Shown: piece by piece, positions 9,590 to 18,954 of the stretch | Layout of the letters: each line of letters starts with the position of its first letter | Position numbering within the stretch: position 1 is the first letter of the stretch | Notes under the pieces: generated by a model | Database searches by the model: none | What the model was told of the DNA's origin: nothing | What the model saw: the letters and a program-made list of their open reading frames with translations, nothing else | Position numbers and translations under genes: made by a program | Assembly: GCA_016927655.1 (NCBI GenBank) | Contig: JAFGMG010000012.1 | Coordinates: 42,618 to 106,617, forward strand | Reading direction: 5' to 3' | Length of the DNA stretch: 64,000 bases | Source of the DNA: Candidatus Dojkabacteria bacterium | GTDB taxonomy: Bacteria > Patescibacteriota > Dojkabacteria > B142 > JAFGMG01

Positions 9590-10349
9590 TATTGGTCTTT
9601 ATTCTTTTAGTTAAAAATAGCCCAAGGTCAAATTTGAGAGCTTCAAATCCTGCTTCTTTAAATGTGAGCTGATGATTGATAACTGTCAGAAATATTCCCG
9701 CTATAAAGCTGTATGTAAAAAGCGGAGTGATTGAGGGAATTTTGAGCTTTTCTCCTTTGTAAATAAGCACCCTTTTTGCCAGATCAAACGAAAGGTCTGC
9801 TTTGGTTCCTGCTTTCCCGAAGGCAAGTGCTTTTTTAAATTTGTATTGTTTGATATCTTCCAGACTTACTTGAGCGTTATCATAAATGACTATACTTTTT
9901 TCTGAACTTAAATTTTGGAAAATCTTTTTAACAATCTCTGATTTTTGAGGACTACTTAGCACTACAAAATAATCCGGTGAAAGAAAGCTCGACCAGAACT
10001 TAGCCGTATCAGAGAATTTACAATTAGCGCTAAGAACAAGTATATGCGGATTTATCCTTCCGAAAAGAAGAACCAGATTTACCCGGACAATCAAGCCCAG
10101 CCATTCAAAAAAATTTCTTTTTTTGTCTTTGTACCCTAGGACTGACAAAGGGATTGACATATCCCAGGTGACAGGCTCGGTGTTTCTTCTAACAATAAAT
10201 TTTTCCTTGAGAATATGATAAATCCCTTCTTTTACAACTTCAGAACCAGAAAAACCCGCCACAACAATCACTTCCATTTTATGTTTGTGAATTGCCCATT
10301 TAGAAAGAGAGCTTAAGATAATCTTTAGTATTTTGCGAGGTATGTTCAT
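9573..10349 (-). CDS. Mur ligase N-terminal-like protein with degenerate P-loop (possible pseudo-enzyme)
   Basis: VIVVAGFSGSEVVKEGIYHIL aligns with the Mur ligase VIAITGSNGKTTTKE...IL pattern, but GKT is replaced by GSE. Confidence 0.4.
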   Translation of the reverse strand: MNIPRKILKIILSSLSKWAIHKHKMEVIVVAGFSGSEVVKEGIYHILKEKFIVRRNTEPVTWDMSIPLSVLGYKDKKRNFFEWLGLIVRVNLVLLFGRINPHILVLSANCKFSDTAKFWSSFLSPDYFVVLSSPQKSEIVKKIFQNLSSEKSIVIYDNAQVSLEDIKQYKFKKALAFGKAGTKADLSFDLAKRVLIYKGEKLKIPSITPLFTYSFIAGIFLTVINHQLTFKEAGFEALKFDLGLFLTKRIKTNIEQSN

Positions 10350-11626
10350 ATTCGTTCAATATCTGCTCCAATAGATCTAAACCTTTCCTCAATATTTGAA
10401 TATCCGCGCTCGATTATTTCTCCGCGTTCAATAATGCTTTCTCCTGATGCACCAAGTGCTGCTACTAGAAGTGACATCCCGGCCCGTATATCTGGTGATT
10501 TGAGTACTCTTCCCTTTAGGGCAGTCGGCCCATTTACTATCAATCTGTGTGGATCAGCTAGGAAAATGTCTGCGCCCATCGTGTTGAGTTCTTGAGTATA
10601 AAAAAGCCTTCCTTCATAAAGCTTATCATGAATAAGAATCCTTCCCTTACTTTGGGTTGCAAGTACTATTGCAAATTGAAGCAGATCCGGTGGGAATCCC
10701 GGCCATGGGAGACACTCCAGTTTATTCATAGAACCATCAAGATAATTGCATGTTTTTAGAGTCTGTTTTGCCGGTACGATCAGTGTTTCTCCATCCCACT
10801 TTGTTTTAATATTAAACTTTCCAAATTCTCCCAGGATCATATCAAGATGATTTTTCATTGCATTTTCTATTCTCAGCTCACCTCCTGTAACAATTGCTGC
10901 TGTTATAAATGTGCCGACCTCCATAAAATCATACGAAATTTGGTGTTCCGTGCCAAAGAGCACCTCCACTCCTTCAATATATAGTCTGTCACTCCCGATT
11001 CCTGAGATGCGTGCGCCCATTTTGTTTAAAAAATTACAAAGATCTTGAACGTGTGGTTCTGAAGCAGCGTTAATTATCTCTGTTTTACCTTTTGCCAGAA
11101 CCGCTGCCATTATCAGATTTTCTGTTCCCGTAACAGCTTTTTCTCCCTGCCACACTCTCGAACCTCTAAGATTCGACGCATCAACCTTGAATGAATTATC
11201 TTCATATTCAACCTTGGCTCCAAGCCTTTCTACTGCCTGGAAATAGCTATCCACCGGTCTTTTTCCGAGATTGCAACCGCCTGTAGACCAAAGCGTTGCT
11301 TTCCCAGCCCTTCCTACTAGAGGTCCAAGAAAGAGAATCGAGCCTCTGGTTTTTAAGACATCTTCTTTATCCAGCTTTGTCGTCTTGAGCTTGGTTGCCT
11401 TTACCTCAAGTTCATTTAATTTACGGTTGTATTTAACTGATGCTCCAAGTTTTCTCAGAATATTGATTTGAATCCTAACATCAGAAATATCAGGAACATT
11501 TGTCAGATGTACTTTTTCTGATGTTAAAATTGTCGCTGCTATTATCGGCAATGCTGCGTTTTTGTTTCCCATAGGGGAGATAGTTCCTTTAAGTGGTTTT
11601 CCACCTACTACACGGTATGATGACAT
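10346..11626 (-). CDS. murA: UDP-N-acetylglucosamine 1-carboxyvinyltransferase
   Basis: N-terminus VVGGKPLKGTISPMGNKNAALPIIAATIL; 426 aa EPSP-synthase fold. Confidence 0.88.
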   Translation of the reverse strand: MSSYRVVGGKPLKGTISPMGNKNAALPIIAATILTSEKVHLTNVPDISDVRIQINILRKLGASVKYNRKLNELEVKATKLKTTKLDKEDVLKTRGSILFLGPLVGRAGKATLWSTGGCNLGKRPVDSYFQAVERLGAKVEYEDNSFKVDASNLRGSRVWQGEKAVTGTENLIMAAVLAKGKTEIINAASEPHVQDLCNFLNKMGARISGIGSDRLYIEGVEVLFGTEHQISYDFMEVGTFITAAIVTGGELRIENAMKNHLDMILGEFGKFNIKTKWDGETLIVPAKQTLKTCNYLDGSMNKLECLPWPGFPPDLLQFAIVLATQSKGRILIHDKLYEGRLFYTQELNTMGADIFLADPHRLIVNGPTALKGRVLKSPDIRAGMSLLVAALGASGESIIERGEIIERGYSNIEERFRSIGADIERI

Positions 11627-11713
11627 ATTTTTTGCTCTAATATCTTAAGAAGCACAAAACGCAGTCAAGGCAGTTTCGTTACTATTATAGCAAGACTTGA
11701 GTGAGTAAAGAAG

Positions 11714-12739
11714 CTAGGCTAAATTTATATCTTTTATAATTCGAATAATATTCTGCTGTTCTTCTGACAATCTTTTGAAAATATAGTCTCTGGCAAAATT
11801 TTCTATACCCCAGACTCTAACCAATCCGCCCTCTTCCGGCAAGATAAATCTTTCTATGCGTTTCATCATCCTTTCAAACTCTATTGTTGATTGACCTGGA
11901 CCCTTTATTCTATGCCCCCAGCCTTCAAGCTGGGCTTCTGTTATTTCAACCTTGTATCCGTAGTAATCTGCTAGTTTTTTGTTTTTTGCGCAGGATATGC
12001 CATGAAATCTTGACCGCCAGATATCATCGTACCAGGAAATAAACGGCGACTGCTGATTGAAAGGAGTTTTGTAATAATAGTTTATCCCAAAAGTGAATTT
12101 GTGAATTCTTTCCACATATTTTTGTGCAACTTCGAGGCATTTTTTTATATTTGTACAGCCAGAAGAACTAAGAAGAATTTCCTTCCCAGGAAAAAATTCC
12201 CATATCGTCTCAATCATCTTCTGTATATATTCTTCGCTCATTGTCCATTTTTTCAAACCAAATGCATTGAAAGCTTCATTTTCAGGCTGAATCATCACTA
12301 TATGTCCCAGCTCCTCAGCCGAATACCTGGATTGAAGTTTATTGAGAAGCTCTTCAGAAAAATGAATTGCAACAGCTGCCATATCATCCTCAAGATCAAT
12401 TTCTGTATTATTTGGGGGAATTTTTTCAAGTTTTTTCAATACAACTGCCGGAACATGGCTTTCAGGCCAGCGGAAAGTTTTAATTGGTCCGATATTTAAG
12501 GTTAATTTAATATCAGTATTCAGACAATAGTCCAAGAATGGTTTATAATAATGAAGATCGACTGTTCCATTTTTATCCACCGCCTGATTCCATCTAATTC
12601 CAAGTCGGATATCTTTAATCTCAAATTCTTCACGGACAACCTTCAAAGCTTCTAGGGATTGAAAATAGCTCAAACCTTTAGACTCGAGTTCTTCAGGAGA
12701 GAAACTTGTACCAATTTTTACTCTATTTGTTTTTGTCAT
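11714..12739 (-). CDS. Clan GH-A (GH5-like) TIM-barrel glycoside hydrolase-like protein
   Basis: IRWNQ, IQPENEA (acid/base NE) and EITEAQ (nucleophile TE) motifs. No signal peptide. Embedded in the dcw cluster. Confidence 0.4.
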   Translation of the reverse strand: MTKTNRVKIGTSFSPEELESKGLSYFQSLEALKVVREEFEIKDIRLGIRWNQAVDKNGTVDLHYYKPFLDYCLNTDIKLTLNIGPIKTFRWPESHVPAVVLKKLEKIPPNNTEIDLEDDMAAVAIHFSEELLNKLQSRYSAEELGHIVMIQPENEAFNAFGLKKWTMSEEYIQKMIETIWEFFPGKEILLSSSGCTNIKKCLEVAQKYVERIHKFTFGINYYYKTPFNQQSPFISWYDDIWRSRFHGISCAKNKKLADYYGYKVEITEAQLEGWGHRIKGPGQSTIEFERMMKRIERFILPEEGGLVRVWGIENFARDYIFKRLSEEQQNIIRIIKDINLA

Positions 12740-14508
12740 TAGCCCTTCACTGGAGGGACTCCGAGATAATCTTTTAGATCGATAAATATATCAAGCCACA
12801 AAATTCTAGCACTGTAGTAAGATAAACGCTCTACTGCCTTTGGTTCTTCGAGTTTGACAAGCATAATAAAAGTTTTCTCATCAGAAGCATCAAATCCAAT
12901 ATATGTTGCATTTATGTCACTTGAGTAGCCAGCCCGGTCTTTGTATGGAATTGTCGCCGTACCTGATTTCATTGCGATATTGTATTTGGCAAGTGATTTG
13001 TACCTGCTCTCATCCAAATTCGACTTATAAACCTCGTAAAGCATGTCTTTCAATTTTTGTGCAGTACTAGTCTTTATTGGCTGGCCATTTACGATCGGCT
13101 TGTAAACTCTCTTTTTGCCATTCGCTTCCTCAACTTCAGAAACAACGTATGGAGTCATCAGCTTACCATCGTTTGCCACTGCGCCCACACCCCTAATTGC
13201 TTGAATAGCTGTCATCTGGTATCCGTGTCCAAAAGAATAGGTGGCACTATCTACATTTGTCCACTGATCTAAGTCTTTAAATAGTCCATTTGATTCACCG
13301 GATATATCTATTCCAGTTTTTGTACCAATGCCGAATGCGCTTAAGTATTCATAAAGTTTTTCCGGCCCGATTAGTTTTGATATCTCATAAAGTGCTAGAT
13401 TGTCAGAATTAACAAGGGCTTCAGTTGCAGTCATTCCCCCTCTTGGTTTTTTGTCATATGTACAGATTTCCCAATCCCGTTCTTCTTCTTTCACAGTTGT
13501 ACACCCGCTATGCCCCTTAATAACAACAGTATCCGGCTGAATCACTCCCTGATCAAGAGCTGCTGCTGCTGTAAAGACCTTACCTACAGAACCAAGCTCG
13601 GCAGGATCACTTATTGCAACATTTTTAAAATTATCTGCATTTTCGACTTCATAATATATATTTGGATCGTAGTTTGGATAATTTGCTAACCCCAGGATTT
13701 CGCCGGTTTTAGGATCCATCACAATCACTGTTCCAGATTTAGCGTCGTATTTTTCTACTCCGGCTTTAATATGCTTTTCAATTTTTGCCTGAATATTTTT
13801 ATCAATTGTGGTATGAATAACAGCTCCTCTTCTTGCCTCAATTTGTGCCACGCTGTCTAATGCAATAATATTGCCGAAACTATCAACTTCAGTAAGATTA
13901 AATCCCTCCTGTTCCTTTAGAAGCCCCTCCCAATAGTGTTCCAGCCCTGCACTACCGACAGAATCACCAACATCATTTTTCCCAAGGTATCCAGTCAAAT
14001 GACATGCGAGTGTGTCTTCAGGATAAATCCTCTGCGAAGTATAAGCAACACGAAGACCTAGCAGATTTTGATCAGGATCGTTGTCTCTTTTCAGGTTTAA
14101 AACCTGCTCTTTTGCTTCATAAGGTATCTTGTATTTTATCGTAGTCCAATCATTTCCATCTTCCAATTGAGCTTCAAGATCTGACAGCTCCAAAACAGCA
14201 GATACCTTCGTAATAAATTCCTCTCTTGTTTGTTTCTCATATTTTTCAGCAAATTCAAGTTCTGTCTTGTAAACAATAATATCGAATCTTGGCTCTGAAT
14301 AAGCAAGCGTAGTATTATCTTTTGCTAGTATTTCTCCTCTAAGCTCAGGAATAGACTGGTCCACGATCCTTTCATTGGCCAATGCTACGAACATATCATG
14401 TCTAAAAATCTGCCACCTGATGAGTAATGCAAGATTGAGGATAAAAAACAAGATAAATCCAAAGACAAATAGTTTGTATTTAGTTTCTGAAAATACCTGG
14501 TTTCTCAT
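12739..14508 (-). CDS. ftsI: Penicillin-binding protein, FtsI/PBP2-type transpeptidase
   Basis: N-terminal TM anchor, SxxK motif (GSVGKVFT) and KSGT motif. 589 aa. Confidence 0.82.
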   Translation of the reverse strand: MRNQVFSETKYKLFVFGFILFFILNLALLIRWQIFRHDMFVALANERIVDQSIPELRGEILAKDNTTLAYSEPRFDIIVYKTELEFAEKYEKQTREEFITKVSAVLELSDLEAQLEDGNDWTTIKYKIPYEAKEQVLNLKRDNDPDQNLLGLRVAYTSQRIYPEDTLACHLTGYLGKNDVGDSVGSAGLEHYWEGLLKEQEGFNLTEVDSFGNIIALDSVAQIEARRGAVIHTTIDKNIQAKIEKHIKAGVEKYDAKSGTVIVMDPKTGEILGLANYPNYDPNIYYEVENADNFKNVAISDPAELGSVGKVFTAAAALDQGVIQPDTVVIKGHSGCTTVKEEERDWEICTYDKKPRGGMTATEALVNSDNLALYEISKLIGPEKLYEYLSAFGIGTKTGIDISGESNGLFKDLDQWTNVDSATYSFGHGYQMTAIQAIRGVGAVANDGKLMTPYVVSEVEEANGKKRVYKPIVNGQPIKTSTAQKLKDMLYEVYKSNLDESRYKSLAKYNIAMKSGTATIPYKDRAGYSSDINATYIGFDASDEKTFIMLVKLEEPKAVERLSYYSARILWLDIFIDLKDYLGVPPVKG

Positions 14509-14513
14509 GCAAA

Positions 14514-14924
14514 TTAATTATCTGCAGCAATTGTAGAATCAGCAAGCTCAATTTTTTTGACTTGTGTCTGAACTAGACCAAGCTCGCTTCCGGCCTTGGC
14601 TTCGATATCACCACTTATTCTGAGCTCGTTGATCTTTGAGCGTTTTATATCATTTTGAATTTTCAACTCCTCCTGCTCAGCTCTAAGTCTTGATATCTCG
14701 GGCCCATGCACTCCTGCAAGGTCCAGCACTACAAATTGTGCGATTATAAAAACTACTAATAATGTTCCAATTGAGATAGTAATATACCTTTGGAGCTCGC
14801 CTAGATCAAGTCCAGCGCGTCGTTTTCGTCTTTTCATGGGCAGTAAATTTTTTAAAATAGTTAAAGTGCGCTTTGCAATTATTTTGTTTCTCAAGCGCGG
14901 AATACAAGTTCCGAATACTTTCAA
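14514..14924 (-). CDS. FtsL/DivIC-like septal membrane protein
   Basis: Small bitopic coiled-coil protein between rsmH and ftsI. Confidence 0.5.
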   Translation of the reverse strand: MKVFGTCIPRLRNKIIAKRTLTILKNLLPMKRRKRRAGLDLGELQRYITISIGTLLVVFIIAQFVVLDLAGVHGPEISRLRAEQEELKIQNDIKRSKINELRISGDIEAKAGSELGLVQTQVKKIELADSTIAADN

Positions 14925-14957
14925 AACAAAATAATTGCTTCGCCTAGATTTACGAAT

Positions 14958-15887
14958 TCAAGAAGATGTCTTCTCCAGAACTCGCATCTTGGCGGATGAA
15001 CTCCTGGAATTGGCTGCAATTTCCAATTCCTTTGGTTCGATTAATTTGTCAATTTCCCTAGCTTTTCCTGCTTTTACCTTTTCTCTGAAGAAATTTTTTA
15101 CAATTCGATCCTCCCCAGAGTGAAAGCTTATTACAGCTAATCTTCCCTTGAAGCTGAGTGCGTCAAACGCCTGGGGCAGAAACCGGGTCAAGGCATATAA
15201 TTCCTGATTCACCGCGATTCTAAGCGCTTGAAACACTCGTGCTTCAAGGGACTTCGTACGCGAACTCGTGCTTAAAGGCACAGCTTGATAAATTAGCTTC
15301 TTTAGATCTTTAGTTGTCAAAATTGGCTTTTTGGCTCTTTCTTGAATGATTCTTTTGACGAATCTTCTTGAAATCCCCTGCATATCTGCCAACTCATTAA
15401 ATAGTTTAACCAATTCCTTTTCAGTTAAACCATTTAGTAAATCGGCTGCGCTTACCTGCGAATTCTCGTCCATTCTCATATCGAGATTGCTTTCTCCTTT
15501 AATACTGGAACCCTTTTCCTCGTCTTCCAGCTGATCTTGTGAGGTTCCAAGATCCGCTAAAATTTTATTGACTTTCGAAATCTTCAGATTCATCAGAATA
15601 CTTTCTAATTCAGCAAAATTTGAATTTATCAGATAAATTTCGATATTCTTGCTGGTTTTCAAAGAACTTAATGTTTTTGAATTTTCCTTAAATCTTTCAA
15701 TTGCTTTTTTGTCTCTATCAACTCCGATAAATACTGTTTTTTCTTTTGCCTGACTGATACTATTTATCATTGCTTCGAAATGTCCTCCGCCTCCTAAAGT
15801 TGCATCTACTACAGTTTCACCTGGCTGGACATTCAAACTCTCAAGAACTTCATCTAATAAAACCGGTATGTGTTTTGTTTTCTGCAT
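14958..15887 (-). CDS. rsmH: 16S rRNA (cytosine1402-N4)-methyltransferase
   Basis: HIPVLLDEVLESL...VDATLGGGGH is the RsmH/MraW signature. Confidence 0.88.
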   Translation of the reverse strand: MQKTKHIPVLLDEVLESLNVQPGETVVDATLGGGGHFEAMINSISQAKEKTVFIGVDRDKKAIERFKENSKTLSSLKTSKNIEIYLINSNFAELESILMNLKISKVNKILADLGTSQDQLEDEEKGSSIKGESNLDMRMDENSQVSAADLLNGLTEKELVKLFNELADMQGISRRFVKRIIQERAKKPILTTKDLKKLIYQAVPLSTSSRTKSLEARVFQALRIAVNQELYALTRFLPQAFDALSFKGRLAVISFHSGEDRIVKNFFREKVKAGKAREIDKLIEPKELEIAANSRSSSAKMRVLEKTSS

Positions 15888-15896
15888 TTGAAATAT

Positions 15897-16328
15897 TTAA
15901 TCTTTTAATTCGCTTAACCTGTCTCCGATATCTGCTGCATTTTTTGCAATTTCTGCAATCTTTTGATTCCACTTTGCCTCATCCCAGATTTCTACAAAAT
16001 CCTGAATTCCTACAAATATCAAGTCTGTTATTAGTTTTGCATAGTTTTTTAATTGCTCCGGCATTACGAATCTTCCTTGTGCGTCTAGAATGATTTCTCT
16101 TGCTCCTCCTATCAAAAATCTTTTTGTATTTCTAGCATCTGTATTTGTAAAAGGCCTTATTTCGATAGTCTTTATCAATTCCTGCCATCTGCTTTTATCT
16201 ACAATGATCAGACATCCTTCATAGCCTCTTGTGATCATTAATTCTCCTTTGAACTGCTCTCTAAATTCTTTTGGAAGAGCTGTCCTGTTTTTTTCTCCTA
16301 ATTTTGAGCTGTATTCGCCTATTAGCAT
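15897..16328 (-). CDS. mraZ: Transcriptional regulator MraZ
   Basis: MLIGEYSSKLGEKNRTALPKEFRE...; 143 aa with the duplicated MraZ fold pattern. Confidence 0.88.
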   Translation of the reverse strand: MLIGEYSSKLGEKNRTALPKEFREQFKGELMITRGYEGCLIIVDKSRWQELIKTIEIRPFTNTDARNTKRFLIGGAREIILDAQGRFVMPEQLKNYAKLITDLIFVGIQDFVEIWDEAKWNQKIAEIAKNAADIGDRLSELKD

Positions 16329-16490
16329 ATATTTTTCAAGCTAACAATTTGTCAAAGGGCAGTTTAAAAATTTGTGGTGAAAGACGTGTATTAATGCATT
16401 TCGTCTAAGAAGTGTTGTGTAGATTAACTGGTTGTCCAGGCCAGTTGCAGTTTTGTCCAAAAGTAGTTAAGAGTACAATTTTGCAGTTAA

Positions 16491-16516
16491 TCACCACCTT
16501 TCACCACTAGTCACCA
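16491..16516 (-). promoter_or_regulatory. Three TGGTGA direct repeats at exact 10-bp phasing upstream of mraZ (candidate MraZ operator); one more inverted copy at 16375-16380
   Basis: On the plus strand, TCACCA occurs at 16491, 16501 and 16511. MraZ operators are phased GTGG-type direct repeats. Confidence 0.4.
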
Positions 16517-17059
16517 GTATAAAGAAAAGTACGCGGCGGAGCAATGGTATATATACCGGAATCTTCCCGAAAATGGAGGAGAGTATTTTTAGAAGAAAGA
16601 ACCAGTCGTGCAAGAAGATCTTTTATTAGCTTTTGTTTGAACTTCTGGCAAACTAATGCCCATAGAACCTATCTGATATACACACTGATGTTCTTAGTTA
16701 CCAGCCTCTATGGTTCAGGGGAAATGACAGTTACGGATTCACGACAAACAGAAATTGTTAATTCCAGTGGTCTGCTTTTCCCATTTCCTGTTTCTTCTAA
16801 CCCAGGCTTAGAATATCCAAGTGGACATGATTCACCCAACTGACATTGCAGCAAACCCTCTCTTCCCCTTCCTCCACCTCCAGTTGTATATCTTTGAAAA
16901 CAAAACGGCGCCCCCTCTGGACCATACGGACATGCAGTAGACATTTTGGAAAAGTAACTAGCTGATTATCAAATATCAGAGGAGAAAATCAACATACCGC
17001 AACCCTGATTTGCAAAAGAATTACTTTGCGATTAATATTCTTGAGTTGCCTTCATATTT

Positions 17060-18859
17060 TTATGTCAAATCTACCACCAGACCATCTGCAGCGTCTACCA
17101 GTTCTTTGCTTTTCATGATTATTGACTGGGTTTGGGTTCCGCAGTTGAATGCAGCTCGTTCCTGATCGAGTACATCATCGTCAAAATATGTATCAAGTCC
17201 CAGGATATTCCCAAATGGCGGGACACCTCCGACAACGAGCCCGAATCTGTCTTTTATCACCTGCGGATCTTCAAAGCTGTATCTCTGAGCGAGCAATATG
17301 GCCAGTTTCTTCATCTCAAGCTTTTTATTGCCCGGAAGGCAGACCATAATATTTTTCCCATCTTTTTCCCCTTTTAGAATTAGCGCTTTCACGCCCTCTT
17401 CAGGCATTGTACCTCGCACTCTCGCCGAATCTTCACTTGTCGGGGTTGGCTCGTGTTCCTGGTATTCGTATACAAAACCCCTCTTATCAAGGATGCTTTT
17501 AATCTTTGCAACAATATTTTCTTCACCTACTATAACCTCCTGCTTCAAGCCAATTGATGCAACTCTTTTTGTATCTGAAGGGAACAGAACTGCCTCACGA
17601 ATATTTTCAAGACCAAGCAACTGCATTGTAAATCTTTCCAATCCCAAACCAAATCCGCCATGTTTCGGCATTCCATATTTAAAAATTGATAGATAATCAG
17701 TGAAATCCGCAGGATCAAGCTCCTTCATCTTCAGGTTTTCAATCAGCTTCTCATAATTATCAATTCTCTGCCCGCCGCTGCTAACTTCAGCGCCATTGCA
17801 CAAAAGATCGCCATAATTGCAGACTTCTGGATTCTCATCATTTGGCATTGCATAGAATGCGCATTTCGATCTTGGAAACTGAGTCACAAAAACAAAGTCA
17901 ATTCCGTCTTTCTCTTTAACGTAATTACAAATAAATCTCTCGGCCTCCGGAGAAAGATCATTTTCATTACGTTCGTCCGTACCAGTTTCCTTGAAATAGA
18001 GCTCAAGTGCTTCTTTCAGAGTATATCTGGGAATTTTTACTTCGTCTTTAAGTACAGCAGAATTTTCGAACATTTTCAGTTCTTCTGCACATTCTTTCTG
18101 AACTTTTTTATAAATTTGCCTAATCACTTTTTCCTCCCATTCAAGAACATCTTCGAATTTTTCAATAAAGCCGATTTCAAACTCCAGCTGCGTTGCCTCT
18201 GTGATGTGCCTTCTCGTATTTGATTTCTCTGCCCGGAAGCATTTCAAAGTCCCAAAAACACGCTCATAAACTCCCACCATCATCTGTTTATAAAGCTGAT
18301 TTGACTGAGACAATTTCACATCGTGTCCAAAATAATTAACCGTAAAAAGCTCGGCACCACCTTCAGAAGAAGCATTTATAATTGCCGGCCCCATAAACTC
18401 AGTGAATCCATTTTCAATCAAAAACTCCCGATACGCTTCCAAAATTACCCCCTGGACTTTAAAAACCGCAGCAATTTTCTCATTTCGCAAAGTCAATGGT
18501 CTGTGATCTAGAATTGTATCCAGGCTTGCTCTGATTTCCGGCTTATTTACCTCGACAGGCCAAGGACTTGTAACGGGCACTTCAATATTTATCACCGGAT
18601 TGATAATCTCGGCAGCGGATTTGAATTGTGACGAAGCTTGTACATTTCCTTCAATCATTAACACACTTCCCGGCTGTAAATCCTTTACTTTTTCCAATTC
18701 CGCCTTGTCTTGTATTATCACCTGAGTAATCCCGCCTCGATCCCTGATGTGCATGAAATTCACTGCCCCTAGCATCCTTAATGAATGCATCCAGCCTCTA
18801 ATCAATACCTGTTCACCAATATGGGATTTCAATTCATTCGATAATACTCTTTCCATCAA
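17060..18859 (-). CDS. aspS: Aspartyl-tRNA synthetase (archaeal/class IIb type) with a fused C-terminal YbaK/ProX-like deacylase domain
   Basis: N-terminal OB fold. Flipping loop LSQSNQLYKQ, motif 2 FRAEKSNTRRHITEATQLEFE and motif 3 GGFGLGLERF. The last ~150 aa carry GLVVGGVPPFGN, matching the YbaK GYLVGGISPLG signature. Confidence 0.82.
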   Translation of the reverse strand: MMERVLSNELKSHIGEQVLIRGWMHSLRMLGAVNFMHIRDRGGITQVIIQDKAELEKVKDLQPGSVLMIEGNVQASSQFKSAAEIINPVINIEVPVTSPWPVEVNKPEIRASLDTILDHRPLTLRNEKIAAVFKVQGVILEAYREFLIENGFTEFMGPAIINASSEGGAELFTVNYFGHDVKLSQSNQLYKQMMVGVYERVFGTLKCFRAEKSNTRRHITEATQLEFEIGFIEKFEDVLEWEEKVIRQIYKKVQKECAEELKMFENSAVLKDEVKIPRYTLKEALELYFKETGTDERNENDLSPEAERFICNYVKEKDGIDFVFVTQFPRSKCAFYAMPNDENPEVCNYGDLLCNGAEVSSGGQRIDNYEKLIENLKMKELDPADFTDYLSIFKYGMPKHGGFGLGLERFTMQLLGLENIREAVLFPSDTKRVASIGLKQEVIVGEENIVAKIKSILDKRGFVYEYQEHEPTPTSEDSARVRGTMPEEGVKALILKGEKDGKNIMVCLPGNKKLEMKKLAILLAQRYSFEDPQVIKDRFGLVVGGVPPFGNILGLDTYFDDDVLDQERAAFNCGTQTQSIIMKSKELVDAADGLVVDLT

Positions 18860-18893
18860 AGATTTTTAAAAACTAGATTTACCTTCTGAAGTT

Positions 18894-18930
18894 TACCAAA
18901 AAAAGGCGAAGTCTGGAAAACTTCGCCTTT
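18894..18930 (-). terminator. Rho-independent terminator after the 18955..20175 gene
   Basis: Minus-strand hairpin AAGGCGAAGTTTTCCAGACTTCGCCTT followed by TTTTTTTGG. Confidence 0.55.
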
Positions 18931-18954
18931 AAATTACTAATTTTGCTCAACTTA

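Noticed and set aside
16708-16944. 78-aa Cys-containing minus-strand ORF as a bacteriocin/RiPP precursor
   Set aside because: It lies in a GC-enriched noncoding-looking gap with no leader/core architecture and no nearby modification enzymes. It is mentioned only as part of the gap finding.
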